Shown one piece after another: positions 1 through 9,536 of a DNA stretch of 64,000 bases. The translations under genes and the position numbers were made by a program. Source of the stretch: Chloroflexota bacterium (lineage in GTDB: Bacteria; Chloroflexota; Limnocylindria; P2-11E); the NCBI GenBank assembly GCA_027310565.1, contig DAIDAP010000032.1:51611-115610 (forward strand). Reading direction: 5' to 3'. How positions within the stretch are numbered: position 1 is the first letter of the stretch; every line of letters starts with the position of its first letter. A model generated the notes under the pieces. That model had not been told where the DNA came from. It worked only from the letters and a program-made list of their open reading frames with translations, and made no database searches.

Positions 1-101
1 TCCTCGGCCCGCGCGCGCTCGGCGAGCTTCGGCAGGGCCCGCGCCGCGGCCGGGGCCTTGAGCGCGCGGAAGAGGTGACCAAGCTCGGCCGTGGCGCTCA
101 C
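1..101 (-). CDS. istB: IS21-family IstB helper ATPase, 5' end only (continues past window start)
   Basis: GTG at 101-99 overlaps the istA stop (GTGA). Minus-strand translation VSATAELGHLFRALKAPAAARALPKLAERARAE resembles IstB N-termini. Confidence 0.65.
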   Translation of the reverse strand, partial: MSATAELGHLFRALKAPAAARALPKLAERARAE

Positions 102-805
102 GCCGGGATCACCCGGTCATACCGCTCGAGGGGCCGGCGCTCGACGGCGATCTCGCGCCGGCGGGCCGCACGCTGCTGCTCGAGCGCGCGCTTGTGCGTG
201 AGCGCCGTCACGGTGACGTGACGGGCGAACGTGCGCTCGTGAGCGGCCACGACCTCGCCCGTGTCGAGCGCGACCGCGCGTACTTCGGCCGGCGAGACGC
301 GCAGCTCGACGCGCCGACCGACGAAGGCGGGGTCGAGCGAGTAGTCGACGGTGTCGACGCGCGCGTACGGCTGCGGCGGCACGCGCAGGACCATGCGCCG
401 ATCGAGGTTTGGGAGCACCGCGGGGAGCGCTCGCAGGCCCTCCTGTGCGACGCGGTCGACCGGGCGCGCCCGCAGGGTCCGGTGGAAGCGGACGTTGGCC
501 GTGTCGTCGTACCAGCCGTCGAGCTGCTCCTGGAAGTTGGCCGGACCGGCGAAGAGCCGCGCCGGTTCGAAGCTCGTGCGCAGGTAACGATGACCCCGTT
601 CCTCGATCCCCTTCGCTTGCGGATCCCGAGGCGCCAGGAAGATGAAGCCGAGGGCGAGCTGCCCCAGGAAAGCGGTGAACGCTTCGGTGGGACGACCGCC
701 GCCGGCGTGGAGCGCGCCCTCGCGGTCCCAGACGAGCTTCTTTGGCAGACCGCCGATGCGCACAAGACAGCGCAGCAGACCGGCGATGGACTTGCCTCGA
801 TCTCG
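98..805 (-). pseudogene. istA: IS21-family transposase IstA, C-terminal ~235 aa only (copy A), 5' part displaced by the IS3 fragment
   Basis: ORF 98..949. IstA-like sequence (GGLPKKLVWDREGA...PRDPQAKGIEERGHRYLRTSF...) starts only around 800. Residues upstream of that read through the IS3 end and are not IstA-like. Confidence 0.75.
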
Positions 806-853
806 TGGACACCCTGATGCTTGGGCCCGAAGTGGCCCGGAAGGAGTGTTCGC

Positions 854-1153
854 ATGCCGAAGACGAGACCCGCCTATCCGGAGGAGTTCCGCGCCCGCGC
901 GGTCGACCTCGTGCGCAGCTCGGGCAAGAGCCAGAAGGAGGTCGCTCACGACCTCGGCGTCTCGGCGAACGCCTTGCGCGAGTGGGTAAAGCGCGCGGAC
1001 CTCGACGCCGGTCGTCGCACGGATGGTCTCACCACGAGCGAGCGTGAAGAGCTCGCGCGTCTGCGTCGCCAGGTCCGTGTGCTCACCGAAGAGCGCGAGA
1101 TCTTGGTAAAAGCGTCGGCCTTGTTCGTCGGGGAGACCGCACGGACCCGGTGA
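854..1153 (+). CDS. IS3-family transposase OrfA (HTH)
   Basis: MPKTRPAYPEEFRARAVDLVRSSGKSQKEVAHDLGVSANALREWVK...LRRQVRVLTEEREILVKA is a typical IS3 OrfA. RBS AAGGAG at 841-846. Confidence 0.8.
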   Translation: MPKTRPAYPEEFRARAVDLVRSSGKSQKEVAHDLGVSANALREWVKRADLDAGRRTDGLTTSEREELARLRRQVRVLTEEREILVKASALFVGETARTR

Positions 1154-1412
1154 CGATGTACGGGTTCGCGGAACGACAGAAGGCCCGCTTCCACATCGCC
1201 ACGATGGCCCGCGTCCTCGGCGTCAGCCGGAGCGGCCTCTACGCCCGTCGGACCCGGCCGAAGTCCCTGCGCGCGTTGGAGGACGAGGTCCTGGCCGACA
1301 TGATCAAGACCATCTACGCCGGAAGCCGCGGCACGTACGGCGCGCCGCGCATCCAGGCCGAGCTCGAGCTCGCCCACGGCATCAGCTGCAGCCGCCGGCG
1401 GATCGCTCGACT
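1150..1412 (+). pseudogene. IS3-family transposase OrfB, truncated after about 88 codons
   Basis: FAERQKARFHIATMARVLGVSRSGLYARR...GSRGTYGAPRIQAELELAHGISCSRRRIARL is an IS3 OrfB N-terminus. No DDE core follows. Confidence 0.7.
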
Positions 1413-1893
1413 CAATGATCCTCCCGACGCTGTTGTCGGCGAGTCCCCGGTACACCGTCTCGACGAGCTCGATCGCGCCGAAGTAGCGCACCCGCAGCCC
1501 CGCCTCGACCGCGGCGTGGCCGAGCGCGACGAGCAGATGGCTCTTGCCGGTGCCGGCCGGGCCGACGAGCACGAGGTTCTCCTTGGCCCGGATCCACTCC
1601 AGCGACGCCAGGTACTCGAAGGTCGCCCGGGGCACCGCGGACTCGGCGACCTTGAACTCGGCGAGGGTCTTGCGCACGGGGAAGGCGGCGCGCGCCAGGC
1701 GCGCGCGCTCGTTGGCCTCATCCCGCGAGCGCACCTCCGCCTCGACGAGCGTGCGCAGGAGCTCCTCCGGCGCCCAGCGCTGGACCTTCGCGATCTGCAG
1801 GACCTCCGGCGCCATCTTGCGTACGGCCCGCAGCTTGAGCCGTTTGAGCGCCTGCTCGAGATCCGGCGCGAGGGACGTCGCGGGCGTGCTCAT
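1412..1893 (-). pseudogene. istB: IS21-family IstB, N-terminal ~160 aa only
   Basis: Walker A GPAGTGKSHLLVALG is present. Homology ends at ...LADNSVGRIIE (about 1411), before the Walker B region. Confidence 0.75.
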
Positions 1894-3331
1894 GCGATGG
1901 CGTACTCGGCAAGCGAGCGCACCGGGACAGCCGGCAGCGTGTGCAGAAGCGGCGCGCCCGGTGCCGCCGGCTGCATCACGCCGCCCCCCGCGTCGAGGAT
2001 CGAGCGCACATCGGCCGCGCGATAGCGTCGGAAGGCGCTTGCGCGCTCGATCGCGGCCACGAGCGGGTCGCGTCCAAAGGCCGCCTCGAGCGAGGCGATC
2101 TCGGCGAGCTCGGCGGAAAGACGTGCGGTGCCGGCGGCCGCGGCGGCGCGCAGGAACGCTTCAGCCGCCGGGCCGAGCGCACAGAACGCGCGCTCCGCGG
2201 CGCTCTTGGGGCGCACCGCACGGGTCGGGGCTCTGCGCGCCCCGCCATAGTGCGCGTCGGCGATCGAGGCCTCCCCGGGGGCGACCGCGAGGTGCCGCGC
2301 CACCTCCTCGTCGCGGTAGCTGATGCAGATCTCGCCGTCGCGCGAGGCGACCGCGACCTTCTTGCCGACGAGGGCGTGCGGCACCGAATAGCGCGCCGAG
2401 CCGAAGCGGATCGTCGCCAGGCGGTCGACGGTGCGCAGCTCGCCAGAGCGGATCGTCACGCGCAGCGCGGGGAGCGGCCGCAGCGCCGCGCGCTCGACGA
2501 GGAGCCGCTCGGCCGGCACGGCAGAGATCTCGCTGTGCAGCGCGGCGTTCACCTCCGCGCACCACCGGAGCGCGTCGGCGTTGTGCTCGGCGAGCGACGC
2601 GGCGGGGTCGCCGGGGATGACCAGATCGTCCTTCGCGTACCCGACGAGGTTCTCGACGACACCCTTCGATTCGGGGTCGTGGCCCTCGCAGAAGTCCGGG
2701 CGGAAGCCGTAGTGGCTGGCGAAGCGCACGTACTCGGGGTGCGGCACGACGACGTTGGCGACGATGCCCGCGCGAAGACACCCCATGCGGTCGGCGAGCA
2801 CCACCGCCGGCACGCCGCCGAGGGTCTCGAAGCACTCGCCGAGCAGACGCAGCGTCGTGGCGCGGCGCTCGTCGAGGGCGAAGCGCACGAAGCGGACGCG
2901 GCTCCAGACGAGCACCGCGCTGAAGATGTGCAGCGGCCCGAGCTGGCCCCAGTCGATCGCGAGGTGCTCGCCGGGCGTCGGCAGCCAGGGTCGGTACACC
3001 CGCCGGCGCCGCTGCCACTCCGCCCGCTCGTCGTGCACGAGGCGCCGGAAGTTGCGCGCCGATCCGGCGTACCCCGCGGCGCGCGCCAGTGGCAGCAGGC
3101 GCTTGGCCAAGATGCGCCCGTCGGTCGCGGCGAGCTTCTCACGCACGAGGGCCCTGGCGACCGCGGTGTTGTGCGCCCGCGGCGGCCGGGGCGGCGGGGA
3201 GTCTTGGCGCACCCGCTCGATCACGCGCTTCACCGTCTTGTGCGTGGTGCCGCACAGCTCGGCGACAGCGCGCAGGCTGCCGAGGTCAGCGTACGCGGCG
3301 ACGATGTCCATGCGCTCTCTGGGAGACTTCA
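1890..3331 (-). CDS. istA: IS21-family transposase IstA (copy B, different sequence from copy A)
   Basis: HTH N-terminus (DIVAAYADLGSLRAVAELCGTTHKTVKR) and a DDE core. GTG at 3331 lies 8 nt after GGAGG. The longest ORF extends to 3380. Confidence 0.85.
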
Positions 3332-3427
3332 CTCTTGCGTCCTCCGGTGCGGTCGTGGTGTGCCTTGACAGCGACACCATCGCCCACCGGGGGACGCCCT
3401 GCGTTCAGGTGATCAGGTGCGGAAGGG

Positions 3428-3473
3428 TGGGGACTTCTCTTGGCCACGCATGGGGACTTTCACATGGCCACGC
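3428..3473. repeat. Two direct repeats TGGGGACTT-N4/5-TGGCCACGC at the istA-proximal end of IS21 copy B
   Basis: 3428-3449 TGGGGACTTCTCTTGGCCACGC and 3451-3473 TGGGGACTTTCACATGGCCACGC. IS21-family ends are known to carry multiple transposase-binding repeats. Confidence 0.55.
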
Positions 3474-3540
3474 GCACCGCCGAAGACGAAACACGACGAC
3501 ATTGATATGACGACGAACGACAGAAGGAGGAGGCGGCTTC

Positions 3541-3949
3541 TCATCTCGTATCGCTCACGCCGTATCGGTATGGACTAATCCACCCCGCTGGTACGGGGCC
3601 GGACCAGTCGAGTGGTAGGGCAGCTCGACGATTGGCGTCGCGTTCCATCGGGTGCGTCGCGTGCGTCGTCCCCGGCATCAACGAGAGGTAGCCGATGAGG
3701 CAAAGATTGCCCATTGCTGACGCTTGCACGGTATGCCCTAGCTCATGCGCAATATAGGGTCCCGTGGATCGATGGCCTGAGTAGAGACGGCGTTCCAGTT
3801 CCGAGGCGCGCGTGTTCACGAGCGAAAACAAGTCCTAAAACAACATGCTCTTCACGGCGCTCCGGGCCCGGACGCCTCTTTCGAGCGAGCCCACCGATTG
3901 CTTCTCGCTGCTCGTCTGTCAGCGGGATGCCTCGTCCTCGAACCTTCAT
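3541..3949 (-). pseudogene. Small HExxH (IAHELGHTVQ) protein, apparently split by a +1 frameshift in a T-run; DUF4157-like motif
   Basis: ORFs 3743..3949 and 3541..3831 overlap. Removing one T from GTTTTC near 3831 fuses them. The HELGHTVQ motif is present. The region is lower in GC. Confidence 0.3.
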
Positions 3950-4108
3950 ACCTATCGCACCTTGAACTTTGCCCTCGATCGACCGTCCTGCGGGACGCTC
4001 GCGGCGCGATCAGCGGCCGTCAATGACAATTCAGTGTCGCTTACGCTTGTCTGTCTGAAGCTGCACCGAGCGCGAGCCCCCGCGCCGCGTCGTCACTGAG
4101 CCACGCGG

Positions 4109-6244
4109 TCAGCTCGGGGTCTTCCCGGGGACCGCGCCCGTCTCCAGCGGCGCGGGGGCTTCGACCATGACGCGGTCCTTGCCCGCGCGCTTGGCGGCGT
4201 AGAGCATCGCGTCCGCGGCCTCGAGGACCTGCTCGGCGGTCCGGGTGTCGCGCCACGCGGCGACCCCGACGCTCACGGTGATCGCGGTGTGCGGCTCCGA
4301 GCGGCCCTGGAGCTCCACCGCTTCGCGCACGCGCTCGGCGAGGACCTTCGCCTCGTCGAGGCCGCCCCGCGGCACGACCACCAGGAACTCGTCGCCGCCG
4401 GTGCGGAAGGGGATGTCGGAGCCGCGGATCGTCTTCTTCAGCGTGTTGGCGAAGCCGCGCAGCGCGAGATCGCCCATCTCGTGGCCGAAGGTGTCGTTCA
4501 CCTGCTTGAGGCCGTCGACGTCCATCGCGACGACGGCGAATGGCTGCCGGTGCCGCTCGGCGAGCGACTGGAGCAGGCGCAGCTGCTCGCTCAGGAAGTG
4601 GCGGTTGTGGAGCCCGGTGAGGCCGTCCGTCGTCGCCTGGCGCTGCGCCGTCTCGAGGACCCGGCGGTTCGCGAGCGCGAGCGCGACGCGGTCCGCGGCG
4701 GCCCGCACGAAGGTGTCCTCGAGCACGCTCCCCTGGACGGGCTCCATGAAGAGCGCGCCGACGGGATCGCCGCCGGCCATGAGCGGCGCGCAGAGGTACC
4801 CCGAGCTGCCCTCCCTGAACGACACGTACGGGCACACGAGCGGATCGGTCGCCGAGGCGACGCGGAACGGGCGCCCGCTGCGGATCGCCGGGCAGCTCGT
4901 CGGCCCGTTCACCACGGGATGCTCGGTCGCGCCGCCGGCGGAGCCCGCGGGCTCGAGGAGCGCGACCGAGGGATCCACGAAGAGCGTCGTCGCGGCCATG
5001 AGCCGGAAGCCCTGCGCGACGCCGCGCGCGGCGACCTGCGCGGTCGAGCGCTCGTCGGTCGCGAGCGAGAGCGCCTCCACGAGCTGGTTCAGTCCCTCGA
5101 GCACCTTCATCCGGCCGGCGAGTTCCTCCCGCTCCCCGCGAACCTCCTCGAGCGCGAGGTACGAGGCGACCGCGGGCGCCATCGACTCGGCGATCACCTC
5201 ACCGAGGCGCTTCTCGCGCGCCGTCCACGCTCGCGGAGCGGTCGCGACGAGCGCGAGCATCCCGATCGTCTCGCCGCGGTGCACGAGCGGGATGAAGAGG
5301 CCCGCGGCGACGCGGTAGAGCGACCGGACGCGCTCCCCCACCATCGGCTCCGTGTCGAGGTCGTCCACGACGACGGTCTCGCGCAGCCGCATGGCGCGCT
5401 GCCGCGGGGAGTCGCGCAGCCCCGGGTCGGGCGTGAACGACTCGACGGTTCCACGTGCGGTGAGGGTGTAGCCGGGCTCGTCCGCCCGCGGCCCGGCGAA
5501 GAAGAAGACGCGCTCGACGGCGAGGGATGAGCCCGCCGCCTCGAGGACGGCGCGCAGCAGCTCGCCGAGATCGTGCGAGCGGGCGATCGCGAGCGCGGTG
5601 GAGCGCGAGATCTCGAGCTCCTGGTTCTGCAGCACGAGCTCGCTCGACCGCTGACGCAGCGCCGCGCGCGTCTCCTGCATCGTGCGCGATATGAGACCGG
5701 TCATCGCGATGATCGCGAAGAGCGCGGAGAACCGCACCGCACCGTTCTCCAGGACCGCGGCGGGCGCCATCCCGACGACGCTGTCGGTGACCAGGATCGT
5801 GGCGTACGTGATGAGGGCGACGACGCCGACGGCGATCGTGCCCGAGAGGCGCATCGCGAACGTCGTCGCGATGGTGGGGATGAGGAAGAAGACGAAGTAC
5901 TGCGACGCGCCGCCGCCCGTCAGCACCAGCAGGACGGCCGCGACGACCTGCGTGATGGCGGTGCCGACCGTGAAGCGCAGGCGCCCGAGGAAGCGGTCCG
6001 GGATGACGTGGAACCAGAGCGTCGCGAAGACCGCGAGGAGCACCGCACTGAAGAGCAGGCCGACGCGCGACACGGCGCCGGTCGTCGGCAGCGCCGCGGA
6101 CGCGACGAGGGTCGCGGCGATCCCCCACGTCGCGATCTCCGAGGCGATGCGGATACGGCGCTCGTATCCGCCCTCGGCTGCGCTCCGCTCCCTCAACTTC
6201 GGGGGTATGGTGCGGCACGGGGACGCGTCTGTCGCCCCCGTCAC
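4109..6244 (-). CDS. Membrane-anchored GAF-GAF-GGDEF diguanylate cyclase (start uncertain; longest ORF reaches 6364)
   Basis: Several N-terminal TM helices. GGDEF domain with RTGGDEF and an RGSD I-site 5 residues upstream. Confidence 0.85.
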   Translation of the reverse strand: MTGATDASPCRTIPPKLRERSAAEGGYERRIRIASEIATWGIAATLVASAALPTTGAVSRVGLLFSAVLLAVFATLWFHVIPDRFLGRLRFTVGTAITQVVAAVLLVLTGGGASQYFVFFLIPTIATTFAMRLSGTIAVGVVALITYATILVTDSVVGMAPAAVLENGAVRFSALFAIIAMTGLISRTMQETRAALRQRSSELVLQNQELEISRSTALAIARSHDLGELLRAVLEAAGSSLAVERVFFFAGPRADEPGYTLTARGTVESFTPDPGLRDSPRQRAMRLRETVVVDDLDTEPMVGERVRSLYRVAAGLFIPLVHRGETIGMLALVATAPRAWTAREKRLGEVIAESMAPAVASYLALEEVRGEREELAGRMKVLEGLNQLVEALSLATDERSTAQVAARGVAQGFRLMAATTLFVDPSVALLEPAGSAGGATEHPVVNGPTSCPAIRSGRPFRVASATDPLVCPYVSFREGSSGYLCAPLMAGGDPVGALFMEPVQGSVLEDTFVRAAADRVALALANRRVLETAQRQATTDGLTGLHNRHFLSEQLRLLQSLAERHRQPFAVVAMDVDGLKQVNDTFGHEMGDLALRGFANTLKKTIRGSDIPFRTGGDEFLVVVPRGGLDEAKVLAERVREAVELQGRSEPHTAITVSVGVAAWRDTRTAEQVLEAADAMLYAAKRAGKDRVMVEAPAPLETGAVPGKTPS

Positions 6245-6296
6245 GCGAGGGTAAGCGGAACTGAAGGGAAGGGCGCGGTGAGCCGACGGCCACGCC

Positions 6297-7012
6297 TTAC
6301 CGGATGAGCGAGAGCGGGTCGACGAGCACGCCGCCGACGTACGCGCTCCACTGCACGTGCGCACCGGTGACCAGCCCGGTCGCGCCGACGCTCCCGATCC
6401 GCTGTCCGCGCGTCACGCGGTCGCCGGCCGCGACGAGGGGCGCGTAGCCCGCGGCGTCCGCGAGGTGGGCGAACACGGACACGCGGCCGCCGGGGTGCGC
6501 GAGCACGACGACCTCCGCGCCGTCGCTCATGCGACCCACGAAGACGACGCGGCCGTCGGCGGGGGCGACGACCGGGGTCCCCCACGGCGCCGCGATGTCC
6601 ACGCCACTGTGGAAGTGCGCGTAGGCGACGCCGCGCCACACTGCGGCGGGCTCGAGCGCGAGATCGGTCGGGCCGAAGGGTTGGGTCAGCGCGCCGGCCG
6701 CCGGCATGCGCCAGGGGCCATCGGGGCGATCGAGCCGGGCGCCCGCGGTCACGAGGGCGCGCTCGTGCGCCGCGAGGTCGTCCAGGCGCGCGCGCAGGGC
6801 GTCGTCGGCGGCGCGGTCCGCCTTCACCTGCGCCTCGGCGCGCAGGATGCCGCCGCGGAACGGCACGAGCGGCGTGAGAGCGCCGACCGCGGCCCACGCA
6901 TCGGCGTACGTGCGCGCCAGTTCCTCGTCGAGCGCGGCTGGGGGACCACGCGGCCGCCGTCCGCACGCGCGGGCGCCGCGAGGGCGAGGAGCCCGACGAC
7001 GGACATGATCAC
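6297..7012 (-). CDS. Secreted M23 (LytM-type) metallopeptidase; signal peptide is in a different frame (apparent frameshift at 6940-6944)
   Basis: C-terminal HFHSGVDIAAPWGTPVVAPADGRVVFVG...GAHVQW M23 motifs. The signal peptide MIMSVVGLLALAAPARA is encoded at 7012-6960 in another frame. Confidence 0.75.
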
Positions 7013-7153
7013 GACGAGGAGCGTGCGCGTGTGTGTCGCGATCGGGCCCGACCCCTCCCACGGCGAAAGTGGCGGCCAGCGTCGCAGAGGGCGGAAGGTC
7101 AGCCGTCGCTTGCCGGCTGATGCGCGAGCGCGGAGCCGACCCCCGGTCCGCCC

Positions 7154-8281
7154 TCAGGACGAGCGAGCGCGCGACGATGCCGGGGGTGCGCGGCGGAGGC
7201 CGAGCTGATCGATCCAGGCGCGCGACCGCCCGGTGACGACGACCGGGACGCGACGGAGCTCCGACGCCCGCTCGATCCCCGTGAGGAAGACCGCGGTGCG
7301 CAGCTCGAGCTCGAACGATGCCAGCCACTCCATGCAGGCATCCTCTCCCGCGAGCGCGGCCTGCAGCAGCGGGCGCCCGACGCCGACGAGCGTCGCCCCG
7401 AGGGCGAGCGCCTTCGCCGCGTCGAGGCCGCTGCGCACGCCGCCGGTCGCGATGAGCGGGAGGCCGGCGCCCGCGGCGGCGCGCACCGCGACCGCGGTGG
7501 GCACGCCCCAGTCGCGGAACCGCTCGCCGAGGCTCATGCGCAGCGTGTCGCCGGCGGCGCGCGCGCGCTGCGCCTCGATCGCCGCGAACGACGTCCCGCC
7601 CACGCCGCCGACGTCCACCGCCCGCACGCCGAGGCGGCGCAGCCGGCGGGCGACCGGGAGCGAGATGCCCGCGCCGGTCTCCTTCGCGATCACCGGCACC
7701 GGGCAGGACCGCACGAGCGCTCGGACCGCGGCCTCTGAGCCGCGCGCCCGCGTCTGCCCCTCCGGCTGCACCGACTCCTCGAGGTAGTTGAGGTGCAGCG
7801 CGAGCGCGTCGGCGCGGACCATCCGCACGATGCGGTGGATGTCCTTCGCGACGAGCGCGGGCTCGCGGTCCTGCCGCACGAGCTGCGAGATGCCGACGTT
7901 CGCGATGACGAACGCGTGCGGCGCCGCCTCACGGACGACCGCGTACGTGGGCGCGAGCACCGGGTCGCGCAGGGCGGCGCGCTGGCTCCCGACGCCGATC
8001 GCGATGCCCGCCCGCTCGGCGACGCGGCCGAGCAGCTCGTTGATCGCGATGGCCCGGCCGTGCCCGCCGGTCATCCCGGAGATCACCAGCGGCAGCCGCA
8101 GCGTGCGCCCGAGGAAGCGCGCCGAGAGGTCGATCGCCGCGGCATCCACGGTCGGCAGCGCGTCGTGCAGCAGGTGGACGTCCTCCCACCCGGCCGTCAC
8201 GCGCGTCTCGACATCGCCCTCGGCAGCGAGCTGCAGATGCTCCCCCTTGCGCCGGGCGATCTGCTCCGCGTCCTTGCTCAA
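7154..8281 (-). CDS. fni: Type 2 (FMN-dependent) isopentenyl-diphosphate delta-isomerase
   Basis: RKGEHL...LPLVISGMTGG...IAKETGAGIS...VDVGGVGGTSFAAIE...IATGGVRSGLD motifs. Start is TTG 8281 or upstream (the ORF reaches 8374). Confidence 0.85.
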   Translation of the reverse strand: MSKDAEQIARRKGEHLQLAAEGDVETRVTAGWEDVHLLHDALPTVDAAAIDLSARFLGRTLRLPLVISGMTGGHGRAIAINELLGRVAERAGIAIGVGSQRAALRDPVLAPTYAVVREAAPHAFVIANVGISQLVRQDREPALVAKDIHRIVRMVRADALALHLNYLEESVQPEGQTRARGSEAAVRALVRSCPVPVIAKETGAGISLPVARRLRRLGVRAVDVGGVGGTSFAAIEAQRARAAGDTLRMSLGERFRDWGVPTAVAVRAAAGAGLPLIATGGVRSGLDAAKALALGATLVGVGRPLLQAALAGEDACMEWLASFELELRTAVFLTGIERASELRRVPVVVTGRSRAWIDQLGLRRAPPASSRARSS

Positions 8282-8309
8282 TCTCCGGAGCCGCTCCTCG
8301 CTCGTGCCC

Positions 8310-9536
8310 TCACCGAAAGACGCCCTGCGCCTCCAACGCCGCGTACTCTGCACCGTCCAGCCGCAGCACGTCACGCATGACCTCCGCGGTGTGCTGGCCG
8401 AGGAGCGGGCCGGCCCGCTGCGGGCCCTGCTCGTCCTCCGACAACACGAACGGCGCGGCCATGAGCCGGACGTCGCCGATGACCGGATGCGCCGCGGTGC
8501 GCCACGCGCGGCGGTGCAGGAGCTGCGGGTCGGCGAACAGCTCGCCGATGCTCGCGACCGGCGCCGCGCGCAGGCCGCGGGCGCGCAGCCGCGCGACGGC
8601 GTCCTCGCGGGTCAGCGTGCGGGTCCACTCGGAGATGCGCTCGTCGAGCCACGCCTCCCGCTCCCGGCGGCCGGCGGCCGCGGCGAGCGCCGGCTCGCGC
8701 GCCCACGGGGGATCCCCCATCGCCTCGCCGAGGCGCGGCCACTCCTCGTCGGACCACACCGAGAGCGCGACCCACGCGTCGGGCTGCGCCGCCGTGGCGC
8801 GCGAGGGATAGACGCCGTGCGGCACGGCGACCCGGTCGCGGTTCCCAGCGCGCGCCGGCGTCGCGCCGTTCGCGGCGCGCTCGAGGAGCGCGGGCGCGAC
8901 GAACTGCAGGCCCGCCTCGTACTGCGAGAGATCGATGTCGCACCCCCGTCCGGTGCGCGCGCGCCGCTCGAGCGCGGCGAGGATCGCGACGACGCCGTAC
9001 CCCACGGCGATGTAGTCGATGTACGGGCCGTAGAGGATCGCCGGCGTCGCGCCGGGCTCGCCGAGCAGCGCGGTGAACCCGGCGAGCGCGGTGAGCTGGC
9101 TGCCGTACCCGGGATGCTGCGCGTGCGGCCCGGTCTGGCCCTGGTTGCAGCTCGAGAGGATCACGAGATCGTCGCGCGCCGCGCGCAGCGCCTCGCGCGA
9201 CAACCCGCGCCGCGCCAGCGTGCCGGCGGGGAACGACTCGATGAGCACGTCGGATGCCGCGACCAGCCGCAGCACGAGCGCGACGGCGCGCGGGTTCTTG
9301 AGGTCGAGCGTGACCGAGCGCTTTCCCGCGTTGTAGAAGGAGAACATCGCCGCGCCGTCCGGCGACGGCCGGTTGTCCTTGAACGGCGGGTAGGTGGAGC
9401 GGAACGGGTCGAGCACCGTCGCCGACTCCACGTGGATGACGTCGGCGCCGTGCGCCGCGAGGTACGTCCCGACGAGAGGCCCGGCGGCGGCCCAGCCGAG
9501 CTCCACGACGCGGACCCCGGCGAGCGGCGCGGTCAC
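8310..9536 (-). CDS. Class III CoA-transferase (CaiB/BaiF family), subunit 2
   Basis: N-terminus VTAPLAGVRVVELGWAAAGPLVGTYLAAHGADVIHVE. GTG 9536 overlaps the upstream stop (GTGA). The ORF-track extension to 10523 is a shadow. Confidence 0.85.
   Translation of the reverse strand: MTAPLAGVRVVELGWAAAGPLVGTYLAAHGADVIHVESATVLDPFRSTYPPFKDNRPSPDGAAMFSFYNAGKRSVTLDLKNPRAVALVLRLVAASDVLIESFPAGTLARRGLSREALRAARDDLVILSSCNQGQTGPHAQHPGYGSQLTALAGFTALLGEPGATPAILYGPYIDYIAVGYGVVAILAALERRARTGRGCDIDLSQYEAGLQFVAPALLERAANGATPARAGNRDRVAVPHGVYPSRATAAQPDAWVALSVWSDEEWPRLGEAMGDPPWAREPALAAAAGRREREAWLDERISEWTRTLTREDAVARLRARGLRAAPVASIGELFADPQLLHRRAWRTAAHPVIGDVRLMAAPFVLSEDEQGPQRAGPLLGQHTAEVMRDVLRLDGAEYAALEAQGVFR

Larger units (their letters stand above)
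806..1412 (+). mobile_element. IS3-family element fragment (left end, orfA, first ~88 codons of orfB)
   Basis: TGGACACCC... end-like sequence at about 806, AAGGAG RBS, an orfA/orfB pair in 0/-1 frames. Homology stops abruptly near 1411. Confidence 0.65.
1412..3480 (-). mobile_element. IS21-family element, copy B (full istA, truncated istB, upstream terminal repeats); right boundary approximate
   Basis: istA/istB overlap at 1890-1893. Paired direct repeats at 3428-3473 upstream of istA. GC content drops beyond about 3490. Confidence 0.6.

Noticed and set aside
7154-8281. Type-2 IDI as part of an isoprenoid or carotenoid cluster.
   Set aside because: No other isoprenoid biosynthesis genes are adjacent. 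The link to UbiX is kept as a hypothesis rather than a call.
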